A stretch of 61,600 nt of DNA from a virus (taxonomy: Duplodnaviria > Caudoviricetes): positions 1 through 61,600 of the IMG/VR virus record IMGVR_UViG_3300037264_002513. The stretch is one strand, 5' to 3'. The position numbers and the translations under genes are program-made. Of this stretch, positions 61,032 to 61,600 are shown one piece after another (the first letter of the stretch is position 1; the number at the start of each line of letters is the position of its first letter). Under the pieces are notes generated by a model. The model was not told where the DNA came from and made no database searches. It saw only the letters and a program-made list of their open reading frames with translations.

Positions 61032-61600
61032 TCATGCGATGCCCTCCAAGGCCAACCCTGCTTGCCCCTTCAATCGATTCACCGCCAGCCCGACATACGC
61101 CGGGTTCAGTTCCACGCCCACAAACCGCCGTGCAAACCGGCGGCACACCACGCCCACCGTCCCGCTCCCCGCAAACGGATCCAACACCAGATCCCCCGGG
61201 CGGCTCCCCGCGAGGATGCACGGCTCCACCAGCTTCTCGGGGAAGGTCGCAAAGTGCGCCTCGGGATACGGCTGCGTGTTCACCGTCCAGACGGACCGGC
61301 GGTTGCGGGTGTCAGCCGCGCCCATCGTTCTCACGCCGCCCTTGCCACAGGACGTTTCTCCGTTGCCGCTGTTGTTGCGCGTCAGCCCATCTCGGTATGC
61401 TTTCGCCCACCCGCTGTCGCCGGCCCGCGACTCGCTCGGCTCCGCAATCGCCTCCGCGTCGTAGTAGTACCGCGCCGCCTTCGTCAGCAGGAACACATAC
61501 TCATGCGCCTTCGTACACCGATCCCGCACCGACTCCGGCATCGGGTTCGGCTTCGCCCAGATGATGTCCTGCCGCAGATACCACCCGTCCCCTTGCAGCG
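61032..61600 (-). CDS. DNA N6-A/N4-C methyltransferase (beta class), 5'-truncated by window edge
   Basis: WYLRQDIIWAKPNPMPESV.DR...HEYVF, HFATFP, VLDPFAGSGT. Confidence 0.9.
   Translation of the reverse strand, partial: LQGDGWYLRQDIIWAKPNPMPESVRDRCTKAHEYVFLLTKAARYYYDAEAIAEPSESRAGDSGWAKAYRDGLTRNNSGNGETSCGKGGVRTMGAADTRNRRSVWTVNTQPYPEAHFATFPEKLVEPCILAGSRPGDLVLDPFAGSGTVGVVCRRFARRFVGVELNPAYVGLAVNRLKGQAGLALEGIA

Larger units (their letters stand above)
1..61600 (-). mobile_element. P22-like tailed bacteriophage genome (or prophage), near-complete segment
   Basis: Collinear terS-terL-portal-scaffold-coat-gp4/gp10-ejection genes plus early recombination/MTase genes, all on minus strand with ATGA/TGATG couplings; no host housekeeping genes seen. 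Confidence 0.95.

Noticed and set aside
1-61600. tRNA, rRNA, CRISPR array, integrase, IS/transposase, reverse transcriptase/DGR
   Set aside because: No supporting motifs or repeat structures recognised by eye; a tRNAscan/Infernal run would be needed to exclude RNA genes firmly.

Overview
GC-rich, gene-dense window that looks like most of a P22-like short-tailed (podovirus-type) phage genome, with essentially every credible gene on the minus strand. Read in transcription direction (right to left), it has DNA methyltransferases and small accessory genes, terminase small and large subunits, portal, scaffold and P22-type coat protein. Next come a long block of decoration, tail and carbohydrate-binding genes, P22 gp4/gp10-like tail proteins and ejection proteins. 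These are followed by a 4483-aa DarB-like polyvalent protein (adenine MTase + SNF2 helicase + zincin-like motif), a tail-adaptor gene, a probable lysis block, and early genes (exonuclease/annealase fusion, NinB-like, MTase, VRR-NUC). No integrase, repressor, polymerase, tRNA or CRISPR array was recognised. The standout is a translationally coupled cassette where the tail fibre/spike normally sits (11778-16366). It runs: head-binding adaptor -> 411-aa protein with ~65 aromatic-X-Asp/Asn (H/Y/W-x-D/N) motifs -> radical SAM/SPASM enzyme whose own C-terminus repeats HGD -> Cys-motif/SAM-methyltransferase fusion. This resembles a triceptide (three-residue cyclophane) RiPP pathway applied to a phage virion protein (inference). 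Other notable items are two small genes overprinted inside the giant gene, a C5-MTase encoded in two overlapping frames, an apparently split docking domain shared among tail proteins, and a C4-like structured RNA leader. All family assignments come from motif recognition by eye; no database searches were run.
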